NCBI GenBank assembly: GCA_035221665.1
Contig: CM069156.1
Coordinates: 29,450,001-29,514,000, forward strand
Reading direction: 5' to 3'
Length of the DNA stretch: 64,000 bases
From: Okamejei kenojei
Lineage: Eukaryota
The stretch's first letter is position 1, and each line of letters begins with the position of its first letter. Position numbers and translations under genes: made by a program. The notes beneath the pieces are model-generated. The model saw nothing but the letters and a program-made list of their open reading frames with translations, did not search any database and had not been told where the DNA came from. Positions 63,269-64,000 of the stretch are shown here, piece by piece.

Positions 63269-64000
63269 TATCTGCATTCAGAGTAGGCATTTGAAACTAC
63301 AAGCAGTTTGTCAACAGTATTATGTGCGTAGTTTTGTGGTCATCAGAAAAATGCTACAATCACTTGAGGAAGTGATAACACCATTTAGAAAAACATTATA
63401 ATTTGGCAGAATCAAGATGGTCTTATGAAAGGGAAATCCTGTTTATCAAATGCAAGCAGCAGGATTAGAAATTCCCAAGGCATTCAATAAGGTGTCATGT
63501 AACATAAGAGTTATCAGAGTAAATTGAGGTTGAAGGTAGAAGACTGATTAACAGATATGACATTTAAAAAGTATACACGGTGTCTCAGGGATCAACACTA
63601 TATTAACACTTGCTGGGTCAAAATCAAATGCTCCCAAAATAATTACACTGCGGAAGTAACGCGACAATAAGTCAGTGACTCACTACATTCAAGAGCAGTT
63701 AGGATCATGTATTACAAGTTTTGGCCTTGACAGCAAAGCCTACATCCTGTGCAAAGACTTCTATAATGGCAACGATATTACAGTCACATACTAATCAAAG
63801 AAGATTATTTTTTTGAGGTATTTGACAAAGCCATCAGAAGTTAGAACAATGGTTTAACACAGCAACAGCAACCACCATTAAATATTTTTAGACTGAGTGA
63901 ATTTAGAATTATTTAATTTCGATTGCACCTACCATTCCTCCCCAAAGTGCACACTGGTGGCAGATGCATTTCTTGCAAGTCCAACAAAATACACTCAGTT

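Overview
AT-rich, repeat-dense vertebrate genomic DNA. The repeat set (HE1-like V-SINEs sharing a tail with HER1/CR1-type LINEs, Penelope-derived palindromes) points to an elasmobranch, probably a skate or ray; this is an inference. Almost the whole window is the 3' portion of TRIM37 (RING/B-box/coiled-coil/MATH E3 ligase) on the minus strand. I traced 19 coding exons (equivalent to human exons 6-24) that splice into one uninterrupted frame of 2499 nt (832 aa + stop), plus a probable terminal exon with a ~2.6 kb 3' UTR. Exon numbering and human comparisons are from memory. The introns hold two oppositely oriented Tc1-type (DD34E) transposons, CR1, L2, Rex1/Babar, RTE, Vingi and Penelope-like retroelement fragments, a hAT MITE and a probable class-III-retrovirus-like gag-pro relic. 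The most notable points are a GC-AG intron required by the reading frame, an apparently shifted or TG-type acceptor at exon 23, alternative C-termini, an inverted Tc1 pair bracketing exons 13-17, minimal hammerhead ribozyme motifs in the Penelope-derived repeats, and several fold-back or templated inversions. I see no convincing evidence of a wholly new biological system.
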